Of a DNA stretch of 64,000 bases, positions 52,215 through 63,544 are shown in pieces. Position numbers and translations under genes: made by a program. The stretch lies in assembly GCF_001194135.2 (NCBI RefSeq), contig NC_068983.1:162823912-162887911 (forward strand). Reading direction: 5' to 3'. Under the pieces are notes generated by a model, which was not told the DNA's origin, searched no databases, and was given only the letters and a program-made list of their open reading frames with translations. Within the stretch, counting starts at the first letter, position 1; every line of letters begins with the position of its first letter. This DNA comes from Octopus bimaculoides (Eukaryota).

Positions 52215-52795
52215 AAAGCATCTTCACATTACAAGAGTCAAGACTTGCTCCAAGTCAGTTGAGGCGACACGATGAGATAACAAAAGTCATGCATTGGAAA
52301 CTGTGTGAAGAGTGCAGGTAGAGAGAGGAAAGACATGCTACGACCACAAACCACAGAGAGTGACTGAGTCGGGTACTGGAAAATCCGGGTGGTTGAGTAC
52401 GGCAAACCAGACCTAGTGGTGGTGGACTAATAAACCGCATATTTTCCATAATTGATGTTGAATGTCCAAGAAGGAAAGCGAGAACGGAGACATATATATA
52501 ATCCTCTTAAATACATGATAGCCGCACTGCAGAAGACCAAAAAGGTGAATATAGTGCCAATTATTGAATTGGGGACAGTTTCAGAAGGTATTGAGAGGAA
52601 TATAAAGGAAATGGGAATAAAGAGCCCAGTAGAAGTGTTGCAAAATGTTTGCCACTTTGGCATGGCCAGAATCTAGAGGAAAGTATTAGATAGATGAAGA
52701 GAACAAATAGCGAGGTACCGTAGGCCGCAGGTTGCAAACCCGCTACTTATGCAAGATTCTATGAGTTCCAACCAACAAAACCTGAGTTAAAAGAA
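52215..52795 (+). mobile_element. R4/Dong LINE 3' fragment, decayed
   Basis: RRHDEITKVMHWKLCE...YDHKPQRV...KPDLVVVD...IIDVECP...KVNIVPII. Confidence 0.85.
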
Positions 52796-52909
52796 ATAAT
52801 AGTAATAATAGTAGCAGTAACATTATTATTTTTATTTTTGTTGTTTCAACACATGAATTTACATAAAGAATCTTGCAAACGAGATACAAAAACGAATTGA
52901 TAATCTTTT

Positions 52910-53085
52910 TTTTTTACTCCAGGCAGAAGGCCTGAAATTCTGGGGGAGGAGGTTAAGTCGATTACATCAACCCCAGTACACAACTGGTACTTAATTTATC
53001 GACCCCAAAATGATGAAAGGCAAAGTCGGCCTCGACGGAATTTGAACTCAGAACACAACGATGGGCGAAATACTGCTAAGAATTT
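52910..53085 (-). mobile_element. Family A SINE, head truncated by (AAT)n
   Basis: Core motif present. Confidence 0.88.
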
Positions 53086-53120
53086 TGATTAATAATAATA
53101 ATAATAGTAATAATGATAAC

Positions 53121-53180
<60 letters not shown>

Positions 53181-53185
53181 AATAA

Positions 53186-53695
53186 TAAAAGACCTGGTAT
53201 GAGCATATCCAGACACCGAAAATGAGAATTGCAAAATCCTGTGGGATGCAATGATCCAGTGCGATCATACTGACCAGACACCGTAAGCCGGACATTGTTG
53301 TGGTGAATAAAAAAGAAAGAACGTGTATGATAATTGACATAGCATGCCCCAGGGACAACAGGGTCAATGTGAAGGAAGAGGAAAAAATAAACAATTATGA
53401 CGATTTAATGTGGGAAACACGAAGGTTGTGGTAAATGAAGAGAGTAGACGTGATAGCAATAGTAATTGGTGCACTTGGAAGTTTCAACACTCAACTACCA
53501 ACATGGCTGAAAAAGAACGGTGCAAGTATGAAGGTAGAACACCTAGAAAAACGAGCATTGCTTGGAACTGCAAGAATTCTTCGCAGGGTTCTTGAAGCAT
53601 GACCAGTAAACAAGTGCCACCTTAGTCCGCGGGCTGTGGACAACTGACACTTTCTATCATACCAGGCAAAATAAGCTGTGAGTTTTAATATGATG
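53186..53695 (+). mobile_element. R4/Dong LINE 3' end (RLE endonuclease)
   Basis: KILWDAMIQCDH..HRKPDIVVVNKKERTCMIIDIACPRD...EKINNYDDL...IVIGALG...LLGTARILRRVL: a PD..D-type restriction-like endonuclease. Confidence 0.93.
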
Positions 53696-53698
53696 ATA

Positions 53699-53835
53699 AA
53701 CCTTCGAACAAACGGCCAGCAGCGACGCCTGCTGAGTTCGGCTACTCCACACTGAAAAGGGGCAAATACTCCGAAACTAGTCTATGGATGTTGAACCAGC
53801 AAGGGGAGGCTGCTGACCTCTCCTGTTCGAAGGTT
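53699..53835 (+). ncRNA. Type I hammerhead ribozyme motif at the tip of a long hairpin (G8-to-A variant core)
   Basis: tccaca-CTGAaAA-gggg caaata ctcc-GAAAC ta GTC-tatgga. Stem II 4 bp; palindromic ACTAGT stem III; stem I extended by three further helices. Confidence 0.72.
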
Positions 53836-53989
53836 GTAATGGACACAGGTTGGAGCTAATCAACGGCAGCATTCGTCCTATTTTACTGGACTGCCATGTT
53901 AGCTTGGTGATAACTATTAATATCCAGTACCGTTGCCGTAGTCTCCTTTAGAAAGATTTGGAAATATTAATATTTCTAATAATAATAAG

Positions 53990-54520
53990 ACTTTTGATCT
54001 TAACTGATTGGAAGTGTTATCATGTACATTGTTTTGTCTTAGTATAAAAGATGGGCTACAGTAAATATTCTGCTCAATACCACAGATTTGCTTGTCAGAT
54101 GTTTGACCTTTACCAGTTAAGCATGTCCCTTAGTAGCTGACGATATGTGCATCTCTGATCACGAGCAGAAGTAGTGGGGGAGCATCATAGCTATGTGTCG
54201 AGAGGAATTCTTTGGGATTTGAATAATTCACCTTTGGAAACAGTTGTTTTGTTCATCATCTTAAACAACCCTTATTCAGGGACCTTTTGAGCGGGATGGG
54301 ATATTCAACCTAAAAAAAAAAAAATTGTAACTGGGCCCCACCTGTAAGGTCATGCGTTGTTTATTTTGATATGAGATCACCATGTTGCGCACACATGGTT
54401 GTGATGCATATGTCTGGTGTACCCTTGTCAGACGGGTAGTCATGATGGGTATAGTGGGCTTCGTATATTTTACCCCAGAGTCATTTTGATGACATGTGCT
54501 GTGTGAGAACTCAATAATAA
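53990..54520 (+). mobile_element. Unclassified non-coding (AAT)-tailed retroposon-like repeat, copy 2 (longer 5' end)
   Basis: Collinear with 43093-43557; AAT repeats on both sides. Confidence 0.85.
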
Positions 54521-54532
54521 TGATAATAATAA

Positions 54533-54762
54533 TGGCTTCAAATTTTGCCACAAGGGCAGCAATTTTTATTTGGTGGTGGTGATGGTGGGCTTAAGTCGAT
54601 AACATCGACCTCAGTGTTCAAGTGGCACTTATTTTATCGAGCCCGAAAGGATGAAAGGCAAAGTCAACCTCCCCCGCATTTGAACTCAGAACGTTGCGCT
54701 GGGCGAAATACCGCCAAGCATTTCGTCCGGTGTGCTACTGATTCTGCCAGTTCGTCACCTTA
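54533..54762 (-). mobile_element. Family A SINE, tail type 3
   Basis: Core and head present. Confidence 0.88.
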
Positions 54763-54776
54763 AAAACAACAACAAA

Positions 54777-54821
<45 letters not shown>

Positions 54822-55749
54822 AACAACAACAACAACAACAACAACAGCAACAACAACAACAACAACATTAATCCTTTCTATTATAGCAAGAGGCTTGAAA
54901 TTTGGCGGGATGGGNNNNNNNNNNNNNNNNNNNNNNNNNNNNNNNNNNNNNNNNNNNNNNNNNNNNNNNNNNNNNNNNNNNNNNNNNNNNNNNNNNNNNN
55001 NNNNNNNNNNNNNNNNNNNNNNNNNNNNNNNNNNNNNNNNNNNNNNNNNNNNNNNNNNNNNNNNNNNNNNNNNNNNNNNNNNNNNNNNNNNNNNNNNNNN
55101 NNNNNNNNNNNNNNNNNNNNNNNNNNNNNNNNNNNNNNNNNNNNNNNNNNNNNNNNNNNNNNNNNNNNNNNNNNNNNNNNNNNNNNNNNNNNNNNNNNNN
55201 NNNNNNNNNNNNNNNNNNNNNNNNNNNNNNNNNNNNNNNNNNNNNNNNNNNNNNNNNNNNNNNNNNNNNNNNNNNNNNNNNNNNNNNNNNNNNNNNNNNN
55301 NNNNNNNNNNNNNNNNNNNNNNNNNNNNNNNNNNNNNNNNNNNNNNNNNNNNNNNNNNNNNNNNNNNNNNNNNNNNNNNNNNNNNNNNNNNNNNNNNNNN
55401 NNNNNNNNNNNNNNNNNNNNNNNNNNNNNNNNNNNNNNNNNNNNNNNNNNNNNNNNNNNNNNNNNNNNNNNNNNNNNNNNNNNNNNNNNNNNNNNNNNNN
55501 NNNNNNNNNNNNNNNNNNNNNNNNNNNNNNNNNNNNNNNNNNNNNNNNNNNNNNNNNNNNNNNNNNNNNNNNNNNNNNNNNNNNNNNNNNNNNNNNNNNN
55601 NNNNNNNNNNNNNNNNNNNNNNNNNNNNNNNNNNNNNNNNNNNNNNNNNNNNNNNNNNNNNNNNNNNNNNNNNNNNNNNNNNNNNNNNNNNNNNNNNNNN
55701 NNNNNNNNNNNNNNNNNNNNNNNNNNNNNNNNNNNNNNNNNNNNNNNNN

Positions 55750-55928
55750 AGGACTTACAAATATATATAACATACAGAAAATTGCACTACTGGGTACTGC
55801 ACACATTCTACGCAAAACACTTTCAATACAGTAAACATAAGAGCACCACAGCAAACCACAGCACATACCCAAGGCGCACAGAGCTGCGCTCGGTAGTGAA
55901 GTGAAAGCACGTTATAAAAATAAAACTA

Positions 55929-55932
<4 letters not shown>
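55750..55932 (+). mobile_element. R4/Dong LINE extreme 3' end plus UTR
   Basis: GLTNIYNIQKIALLGTAHILRKTLSIQ*, then long (AAT)n 55933-56080. Confidence 0.9.
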
Positions 55933-55995
<63 letters not shown>

Positions 55996-56003
55996 GTAAT
56001 AAC

Positions 56004-56050
<47 letters not shown>

Positions 56051-56975
56051 TAATAATATTAATAATAATATTAATATTAATAATTTTCGTCTTCTCTTAC
56101 CATATTTGTCGTAGATGTAGCGCTAAAAATAATACAAACATGGGAAATAATATACTAAGTAGATGGTATGAATAATTTATGAGAAGTTAGTATAACATGG
56201 AAGAATCCTTGTTCCTCAGATATAACACCAATAATTCCAAGTCTCAGTTCTAATGTATGATGAAAATCGCTTGGCAGCAGAGAAAAATTGGTGTCTGTCA
56301 ACTGGCAAAAAAATATATGATGAGTCTTTCGATCTAGGAGAGGTTTGCTAATATTACGGATTATACGGACATAAAACAAAAGCAATCAAAAAGGCAAAAA
56401 GAAAAAGAGAAAATGTACATTATGTGACACGACAAAATTATTAGCAATGGAGATTGTAGAATGAAAATACTTGATATAAAACAATGTAAATATTTGCGTC
56501 AAATGGTGGTCGATAAAGAAAGTGAGTTTATTATGAAAGACGCATGCAGGTCTTGACAAACAAGTATAAGCCAATTGTGAAAGGTATATGGTGATGTGTC
56601 AGGCACAGCTAAAGGAAGAAATCTGTATAGAAAGAAAACAAACAATCCTAATATATTTGAAAAGAGTAATCAGTTATAGAAAGTGTGGGTGATTAAAAGT
56701 AGCAGAGATAAGATTATTAGACAGAATAACTGGATTCACCGAACTTGATAACAAAAATGTAGCTAAACTATTTAAGTAAAGGAGATATTTGACAGAAAGC
56801 ATAGTATTACAGTATAAATACATGTACAATGGTACTTGTTTGGTGTTCTCCGTCAGTGTCATCGATTGAGAATCCCAGTTGTTTGAACAAGAAGAATATT
56901 CACTGAATTATAATGGATGTGACTGACCAGTAAAGCTTGTCGTTCATTTTACAAGAAAAAGGTCATAAAACTGAC

Positions 56976-56977
<2 letters not shown>

Positions 56978-57049
<72 letters not shown>
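56978..57049. repeat. (CA)n microsatellite
   Basis: Direct reading. Confidence 0.98.
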
Positions 57050-57050
<1 letters not shown>

Positions 57051-57494
57051 AGGCTACAGATTTGCTTACAAGGACGCAAAATGTCTTCCCAAGATGTCAT
57101 GCCGGAGTATCGAAAATCGGTGCCAATGAATTGCGAGAAGAAGACTTTTACTACTCGGCCTTACCTGTGACCATAAAATAAATAAAATACATAAAGGATA
57201 ATGGAGGAGCGAAATGAAGAAAGGCATTTCACTCAGGCCATCTTGCCTTTATAAGTCTATGTTGGAGTACATAATCTAATGTGTTCTTTTCCTTTTAAGA
57301 CTGTAGGGTGTGATTTGAGGGAGATTTGACTGCTATTTATAGGAAAGTGAGTTATCTCTAACGGCACCCCAATCATTAGCAAGCGTGTATCCACCTGAAG
57401 TGATTGGAATCGGGCTGAATGATTTGGCACACACATAGAAGACTGTACAGACTCTGTGGATGATGATGAAGATGATGAGGATAATTATTATTTT

Positions 57495-57700
57495 GATTTC
57501 AAATTTAAGCATAGGTCCAACGATTTTGAGGGGAGGGGATTACTCAGTCGTGGAACTTTACTGCTATTTCATCTTATCGACTCTAAAATGATGAAAGGCA
57601 AAGTTAACCTTTGTAGGATTTGAACTCAGAACGTAAAGAGCCAAAATAAATACTACAAACCATTACCTGCAAAGCTCAAACGATCCTGCCAGCTCCCTGT
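57495..57700 (-). mobile_element. Family A SINE, diverged
   Basis: Core motif present. Confidence 0.82.
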
Positions 57701-57786
57701 CTTACTGAAAATAGTAACACCACCTGAAAAGTACTAGCACCTCTATCCAGTATCATACTCAACACATGTCATTACCTAGGACTTAA

Positions 57787-58000
57787 AAGGCGGCGAACTG
57801 GCAGAAAGGTTAGCACGCCGGGTGAAATGCTTAGGGGTATTTCGTTTGTCTTTACGTACTGAGTTCAAATTCCGCCGAGGTCGACTTTGCCTTTCAACCT
57901 TTCGATCTCGATAAATCAAGTACCAGTTTCGTACTGGAGTCGATCTAATCGACTGACCCCTTTCCCCAAAATATCGGGCCTTGTGCTTAGAGTAGAAAGG
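57787..58000 (+). mobile_element. Family A SINE, tail type 2
   Basis: 16-bp TSD attacctaggacttaa at 57771-57786 and 58001-58016. Confidence 0.95.
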
Positions 58001-58334
58001 ATTACCTAGGACTTAATAAAACAATCTGGGACATAACAGCCCCACTATTGTTAACTTTTCGATGTTTTCACCACCTGTGAGCGAAATAAACTCATCTGGG
58101 ACTAAAGAGCAGTAGTAGGAGTATAATTCCATCTCAATGAGATTTTAGTGCAACAAGTGGGGTTTTATAACACCACCTTGGACAAAATACCCAGCGTCCT
58201 GTCACTGCACCGCTTAGGATTTAATAGTATGACATAGGGTTTGATAAAGTTACTTACGAATTAGAAGCAGTTCTGTCAAAGACTTTGTGGACATTTTTCA
58301 CTATGAAACTTAACACCTGCGACATAAAATCGGT

Positions 58335-58555
58335 TTCAGATTTTGGTACAAAGCCTGCAATTTTGGGGAAGGGGCTAATTCGATTTCATCGACCCCCACC
58401 CAGGGTTCAGTTGGTACGTATTTTTTTTTTCGAACCCGAAAGGGATAAAAGGCAAAGTCTACCTCGGTGGAATTTGAACTCAGAACATTAAAGACGGACG
58501 AAATGCCGCTAAGCATTTTGCCCTGTGTGCTAAATATTCTGCTTGCTCGCCGCCC
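58335..58555 (-). mobile_element. Family A SINE, tail type 3
   Basis: Head-core-tail present. Confidence 0.88.
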
Positions 58556-58604
58556 TCACCCGGGAATCAATCAATAGCGCCACCTAGGACTTGGCAATGT
58601 CACT

Positions 58605-58870
58605 AATATAAAGATTTGCTCATTCAGATTGAAAAATAAAATGTAGCATCTCAAGGCGTTTAAAATACTTGTGATAGTGGGAGCCATAGGAGTGATCAAA
58701 ACTGTTTACAGATATAAATTGGATTGAAAGACCTGGAACTGAGAATTATTTGAGAATAATCCCTGGCTTACCATCCCTGCAAGAAATACAAAAGATTGTT
58801 TTAGCTGACACGTCACACGTATTGAGAAGAACATTGTCGCTGTGAGAACGATGGCCTTCCATGTAAATAA
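58605..58870 (+). mobile_element. R4/Dong LINE 3' end
   Basis: YKDLLIQIEK...VIVGAIGVIK...YLRIIPGLPSLQEIQKIVL..TSHVLRRTLSL*. Confidence 0.85.
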
Positions 58871-59021
58871 TTTCTTTTCCAACTCAGCTTTATTTGATTT
58901 TGTAAACGGACAACCTGCTGTGTTTATTTTGGTGGCCTATCAATGCATACAGTGAAATTTCTTTGCCTTACGTGTGCGGAAGACATTCGGCAAGAAGCGG
59001 AAACAAAACTGAAGGACTACG

Positions 59022-59088
<67 letters not shown>

Positions 59089-59089
59089 G

Positions 59090-60470
59090 TGCGATGCAAG
59101 TGATAAAGCGAGAGCGAGAAAGAATATCCAAGTCAGAAGGGATTAAGCTCGCAAATAAGATATCGATCCGACATTGAGAGTGACAGCTATATGTATTTAG
59201 GGGTATTGGAGGCAGGCAGAATCCTCTGCCAAGAGAAACGGATATTTCAGGAGAGTGAAAAGGGTGCTCGGCTCAAATCTGATTGGAGAGAAAAGCATCT
59301 GTGCAGTAAAAAACATGGGTGGCATCTCTAATAAGATATTCTGATGCTAGACCAGAAAGATAATATCCATGTACAGGTCGTTACACCCCAGAAACAATGT
59401 CGATTGGATTATACCCACCATAGAAGGAGGGGGGAAGGACTGATATCAATAGAAAACTTCCCACAGTCTAGATTTGGCAAAACGTGATGTAAGTGAAAAG
59501 CAATCTAGAATGTCCGGTTTCAGCCGCCAGGTGAGAGGAGAAGGAAACTGCAGAGACGGGATACAAGGAAAGAAAACAGGAGCGCGAAAGAAACAAACAT
59601 CTGGGGAAAAGAACTACAGGGCCAGCACCTCAGAGAAACGCAGTACGTCGCAGCAGAGGCGTCTTGGTGATGGTGATGGCTGAAGAATAGAGACCTTAAG
59701 GAATAAACAAAATTCATAATGACTGCTCAAAGTCAGTCGTTGCGGACGAATATCATTAAGGCCAAAATAGACAAATCGGAGAGAAGTGCAAAGTTTAAAG
59801 TATGCTATGAGAAAGAGGAAACTGTTATGCACATAATAAGTTCTTATAGTTCTTTGGCACAGAAGGAATATAGACACAAACACGTTTATGTGACGAAGAC
59901 ACTACAATGGGACATATTACGGCAAAGAGGATTTCAAGTAGGAAGAAAATGGTATGAATATCAACCAGAAAGTATAATAGCGAACGACCAATACACGATT
60001 TAATGGGATTTTAATGTACAGATTTAATGGGATTTTAATGTACGATTTAATGGGATTTTAATGTACAAATTTTAATGATCGATAAATTAAAACCAGATGA
60101 CCAGATATTACGGATCTTAACAAGGGGAAAAAAGTGTGCATCATCATAGATGTGGCTATATCTGCAGAATTGAATGCAGCGGCCAAAGAAAAGGAGAAAA
60201 TAGAAAAATACCAGGATTTGGTTAGGGAGATATGACGACTACGAAGGGTTTCTACAAAAGTAATCCCAGTTGTTACGGGTGCCATAGGTTCCGTCACCAA
60301 CAGACGTTCTATAATACAATTACGAGAGTTGCATTAATTCAGAAATCTGCTTTATTGGGAACAGCAAAGATTTTAAGAATGGTCCTTGATATCTAAGGAA
60401 ACTGGTTTGTGACCTGGTATCAAGAATATTGATTGCGAATATAAAAAAAAGAATCGCGCACACCATGAAC
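59090..60470 (+). mobile_element. R4/Dong LINE, about 1.4-kb 5'-truncated decayed copy
   Basis: EGIKL..YMYLGVLE...GGKGLISIE...AQSQSLRTNIIKAKID..C.EKEETVMHIIS (CCHC remnant)...WDFNVQ...IIIDVA..KEKIEKYQDL...LLGTAKILRMVLDI*. Confidence 0.9.
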
Positions 60471-60479
60471 AACAACAGC

Positions 60480-60510
<31 letters not shown>

Positions 60511-60539
60511 TAATAATAATAATAATAATAATAATAAGC

Positions 60540-60640
60540 AAAACCAAATATATGGCACCCTAGTTATAACACCAACATGAAGTTCTAACTCTGGGTGAGA
60601 CTTGGAGTCAACTTGTACAAATACAAAGCAGAAGTCAAAC

Positions 60641-60643
<3 letters not shown>
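60540..60643 (+). mobile_element. 3' UTR-only copy of the 41687 R4 subfamily within (AAT)n
   Basis: Matches 42685-42815 (ctctgggtgagacttgga..caacttgtacaaat). Confidence 0.85.
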
Positions 60644-60701
<58 letters not shown>

Positions 60702-60702
60702 C

Positions 60703-60912
60703 GTTTCTACTGTAGGCACAAGACCTGAAAATTGGGGAAGGGGTAAATCGATTACATCGATCCCAGTGTTTCACTGATACTTAATTTATCGACATTGAAA
60801 GGATGAAAGGCAAAGTCAACTTCAGCGGGATTTGAACTCAAAACGTAGTGATAGGCGAAATACCGCTAAGCATCTCATCCAGCGTGCTTAACGATTCTGT
60901 TTACTCACCGCT
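60703..60912 (-). mobile_element. Family A SINE, tail type 2, within (AAT)n
   Basis: Full copy with AAT tracts on both sides. Confidence 0.9.
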
Positions 60913-60946
<34 letters not shown>

Positions 60947-61745
60947 TGATGTTGATGATAATGATGATCGTCATCGTCGTCGTCGTCATCATCATTATCA
61001 TTATCATCATCATCATCTTCTTCATCATCATTACCACCACCACCACTATCACCAGTGAATGTGTTTGAAACCTTTGATATTTCTCTCCATTCATGTAACG
61101 TTAAAATATATCACGTTTTGATTTTTCCTTAATAAATTCTTTGCGACGCAACCATTCTCTATTTACCTCCAGTTGTTCGCCATTACATTGGAGAGCCATT
61201 AATGTTTGAGGCATTTAAGTTTTAGATATATTCAACAGGAAGCGAAGAGAATTAGTGAGGCTAGTTGCACAAAGAAGAACATTAATGTTAGCATTTAGAA
61301 TGTTCGTAGTGAAGTGAGACAGTGAAAAATTATAGATGCCACAAGCAGAGGAAGGAGAATGCGAAAATATTGTAATATAATAATTTAATGGACAATAAAA
61401 GGTAATTTGTACCAATAGCAGGAAAAACACGAACAAGAGAGAAAAATCTATCCTCAAGGAGTTACTCAACGAACAAAATGGAAAGAGAAAAGCAGAGGTT
61501 TCCTGATTGTTGTGTTGCTCTGGTAAACCAAGGAATATATCTCTCGTAAGATGTAGGGGTTTTATTGGGGAAAAGCAGTTCTTTGGCCCCAGTTTAAAGG
61601 AAGAAACTGATATGGGATATATCGTTTTCCATTTCGAATATAGTTTAATAACAGCTAATAACAATTCTTGATGATTTAGTATATATTCCTTATAACTGAG
61701 TCGGTCTCCCTCTTGTTGTATCCGTAATTGCTCACACACACACAC

Positions 61746-61805
<60 letters not shown>

Positions 61806-62037
61806 GTGCACACACATACACACACACTCAGTCTGTCCGTAAAGTCATGCTGGGATTTCAAGACTATTTATTGATGTAACTTCCGGTACTACACATTTCC
61901 TATCCATGTTAATTAAGAAACCAATTAATAAAATTTACATACGGATTAGTGCAGTTTGATGTGACTTCCATTTGTTGTCCTACGCACATCTAAACGATAA
62001 TCTAGTCGGATGAGTGAAGAATGACCTTATAAACACA

Positions 62038-62088
<51 letters not shown>

Positions 62089-62623
62089 ATATATAATGGN
62101 NNNNNNNNNNNNNNNNNNNNNNNNNNNNNNNNNNNNNNNNNNNNNNNNNNNNNNNNNNNNNNNNNNNNNNNNNNNNNNNNNNNNNNNNNNNNNNNNNNNN
62201 NNNNNNNNNNNNCAACAATTGTTTCGGCACATCTAGCATCGACTCCTCTCGTGAGACACTCAACAACTGGTCGAGGAGTATCCGGCTTCGCAGACGTATC
62301 TCGTCGGGTGATATATAAAAAAAAACAAACTCGTTAAAATGATTGTTCCATAATGTAAACTTTCTGTTTTGTAGAGAAAAAAACAGCCAGACGGAGGAAA
62401 ATTCTTCATATATATAGAAGATCCAAAAAGAAAATTGCAGAAGACAAAAAGAGAAACGAACACTTAATCCAGCGAGAAAAGTAATGAAAATAACCGTTAA
62501 CAGATATGTATGAATAAACGCCCTCGGGCAAGCTGCATGGCACGAGTACACACGTTCATACAAGTATTAGCAAAAATGTGAGCATACGCACATGCGAGGT
62601 TAGGCGCACTCATGATTACAAAG

Positions 62624-63025
62624 TTAGATATTTAGTAGGTGTTTAGAAGAACGGGGAGGTTTAAGTATCTTTTCGTTAGTCCACAAAATAGACAGGAATT
62701 CCTCGGAGCAGAGACGGCAGCTCCTGGAAATTGCACTGTATGGTTTTGCATATCTAACTATGGACCAAGTAATGTAGTATTTCGTATTAGCCTCCTTCAG
62801 TCGGCATATAAAATCTGCCGAAGATATTGAATGTCTCTTATTGATTGACCTAAAGCTGGCAACATGATTACGATAACGATTCTTAAATGAATCAGCCGTC
62901 TGTCCAATGTAATCATGAGACCCTCCCCTTGTATGCACGGTACATTTATATACAAGATTTGTACTCATACAGAGATTCATCAAAGGACATTTTGATTTCT
63001 CTCTGCATGAGCATTTATCGTATTT
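62624..63025 (-). mobile_element. Penelope-like element GIY-YIG endonuclease region
   Basis: KCSCREKSKCPLMNLCMSTNLVYKCTV...DYIGQTADSFKNRYRNHVASF...LKE...ITWSIV..A.PYS..SRSCRLCSEE: Cys linker plus VY/YIG motifs, R..NH and CxxC. Confidence 0.9.
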
Positions 63026-63266
63026 ATTTGTATATAAAGTAGTCCTGACTCCATTTACCAGCGTTGTTATCGTGCTAGCTGTACTATGAGTATTTCCACT
63101 ACTACAAATTGGTCAAAATTGATGATTATCAATGCGGTTTAAATCCCCTTGGTTGGCGTTTAGATATAAATGCTTGCTAGATCCAGTAGGTGGGTTATCG
63201 AACCTTTGTCGCATTTTGCTATTGTTTATGCGATGCATAAGCTGCCCCAAATTAGAGAGATAGAGA

Positions 63267-63451
63267 GAGAAAAGGAGGCAGTCAGAATTTTGGATAATTC
63301 ATTATTAACGCTTTCATTCGTTAACCGAACTCTTCAAGAAATTAAAACCAAAATGATAATTTTGGTTTTAATTTTTGTCTTGAAGAGTTCGGTTAACGAA
63401 CGAAAGCGCTAATAAAGAATTATCCAAAATTATGACTGCCTCCTTTTTCTC
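63267..63451. repeat. Near-perfect palindrome, about 90-bp arms, 4-nt loop
   Basis: gaaaaggaggcagtca...aaaccaaaat-gata-attttggttt...tgactgcctccttttt. Confidence 0.93.
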
Positions 63452-63482
63452 AATATGCAATATCTGTACATCACTTTAAACA

Positions 63483-63544
<62 letters not shown>

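Noticed and set aside
56150-56900. Non-repetitive block with protein-like pieces (YDENRLAAEKNWCLSTG...)
   Set aside because: Multiple stops and no recognisable family; possibly a decayed TE.
62290-62315. Minus-strand ccgacgagatacgtctgcgaagc, hammerhead-like
   Set aside because: Two core mismatches and irregular stem II.
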